From positions 24,862,001 to 24,926,000 of the forward strand of contig NC_042997.1 in assembly GCF_006345805.1 (NCBI RefSeq): a stretch of 64,000 nucleotides of DNA, written 5' to 3'. Source of the stretch: Octopus sinensis. Its lineage: Eukaryota. Position 1 is the stretch's first letter. The number at the start of each line of letters is the position of its first letter. Shown here one piece after another: positions 63,252 through 64,000 of this stretch. A program made the position numbers and the translations under genes. A model generated the notes under the pieces. That model was not told the origin of the DNA, searched no databases, and was given only the letters and a program-made list of their open reading frames with translations.

Positions 63252-63539
63252 TTAATAATAAACCAGTTAAAAGTATTTAAATTTTGGTATTTTTAGCCTA
63301 TTGAAAGCCTTCGTCTGACGTCATATCATGTATGCAGATCTTCGTTACTACAGAGATTAGCACATGCATATCTTTCAAATCATCCTCAAGCTGCAAGAAA
63401 TTGCAGCCAAATGTCCTTTAAACTACACAATGGTAAATTGAGATACGTTTTTTAAAAAACTCCCAGAAAGGATGAAATATGTCGCTGCACTAAATGTTTT
63501 ATCGCTTGAGGCAGGCCCAAGTGTTTTCAACTTGTTAGT

Positions 63540-63745
63540 GACACTAGTTTCAAATTTAGGCATAAGGTCATCAGGTTTCGGACAGAAGCTAAGTCCATTA
63601 AATCGATCTCCAGTGTGCAACTGGTACTTATTTTATCGACTCTGAGAGGATGAAAGTGAAATTTCGACCTCGGAGGAATTCAAACTCAGAAAGTAAAGAC
63701 GAAAGGCTTGCTCGGCGTGCTACCGACTCTGCCAGTACGCCGCCT
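63540..63745 (-). mobile_element. SINE family B, diverged
   Basis: Reverse complement of the head (GGCGTACTGGCAGAGTCGGTAGCACGCCGAGC...GAGTTTGAATTCC) and body. Confidence 0.7.
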
Positions 63746-64000
63746 TTTTGTTGATATATATATATATATATTATATATATATATATATAATTATGTGAAA
63801 TAGAAAGATGAAAATCTTGTAGTAGATTAATCAAAAGTTTAACCGATACCTTGGTAGCAAAAATCACAGCAGTAAACAGCACGGTTGGAGGTACAACTAT
63901 ATGGTGTTGCAACCGTGCGTTGGTGCGGATAATTGAATTAAAATATTATTGGTGAATTGAAGAAATGGAGCTGAACGCAGATTGAACAGAAATCGTTTTA

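Overview
AT-rich, repeat-dense eukaryotic DNA, most likely intronic or intergenic. The SINE families and the (TA)n/(CA)n/(TATG)n/(TTA)n load suggest an octopus (coleoid cephalopod) genome; this is an inference from recognition, not a database search. No host protein-coding gene can be supported, and most track ORFs are translated microsatellites. Recognisable content: three tRNA-headed SINE families; CR1-like LINE 3' fragments; a ~3.5 kb Tx1/L1-clade LINE inside a (GATA)n tract plus a second Tx1 3' fragment; a 5'-truncated Penelope-like element (PLE) with an open GIY-YIG ORF; several decayed mariner elements; a non-autonomous Helitron; and a nest of Dong/R4-like RLE retrotransposon 3' ends in a (TTA)n-rich triplet-repeat block (57.9-61.8 kb). 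The most striking unexplained layer is roughly a dozen minimal type I hammerhead ribozyme motifs from several unrelated families. Several sit in long fold-back inverted repeats next to (TA)n tracts, including a perfect 340-bp palindrome with a hammerhead on each strand. Two SINE-LINE shared 3' tails are also directly visible (SINE-A/CR1 and SINE-B/Tx1).
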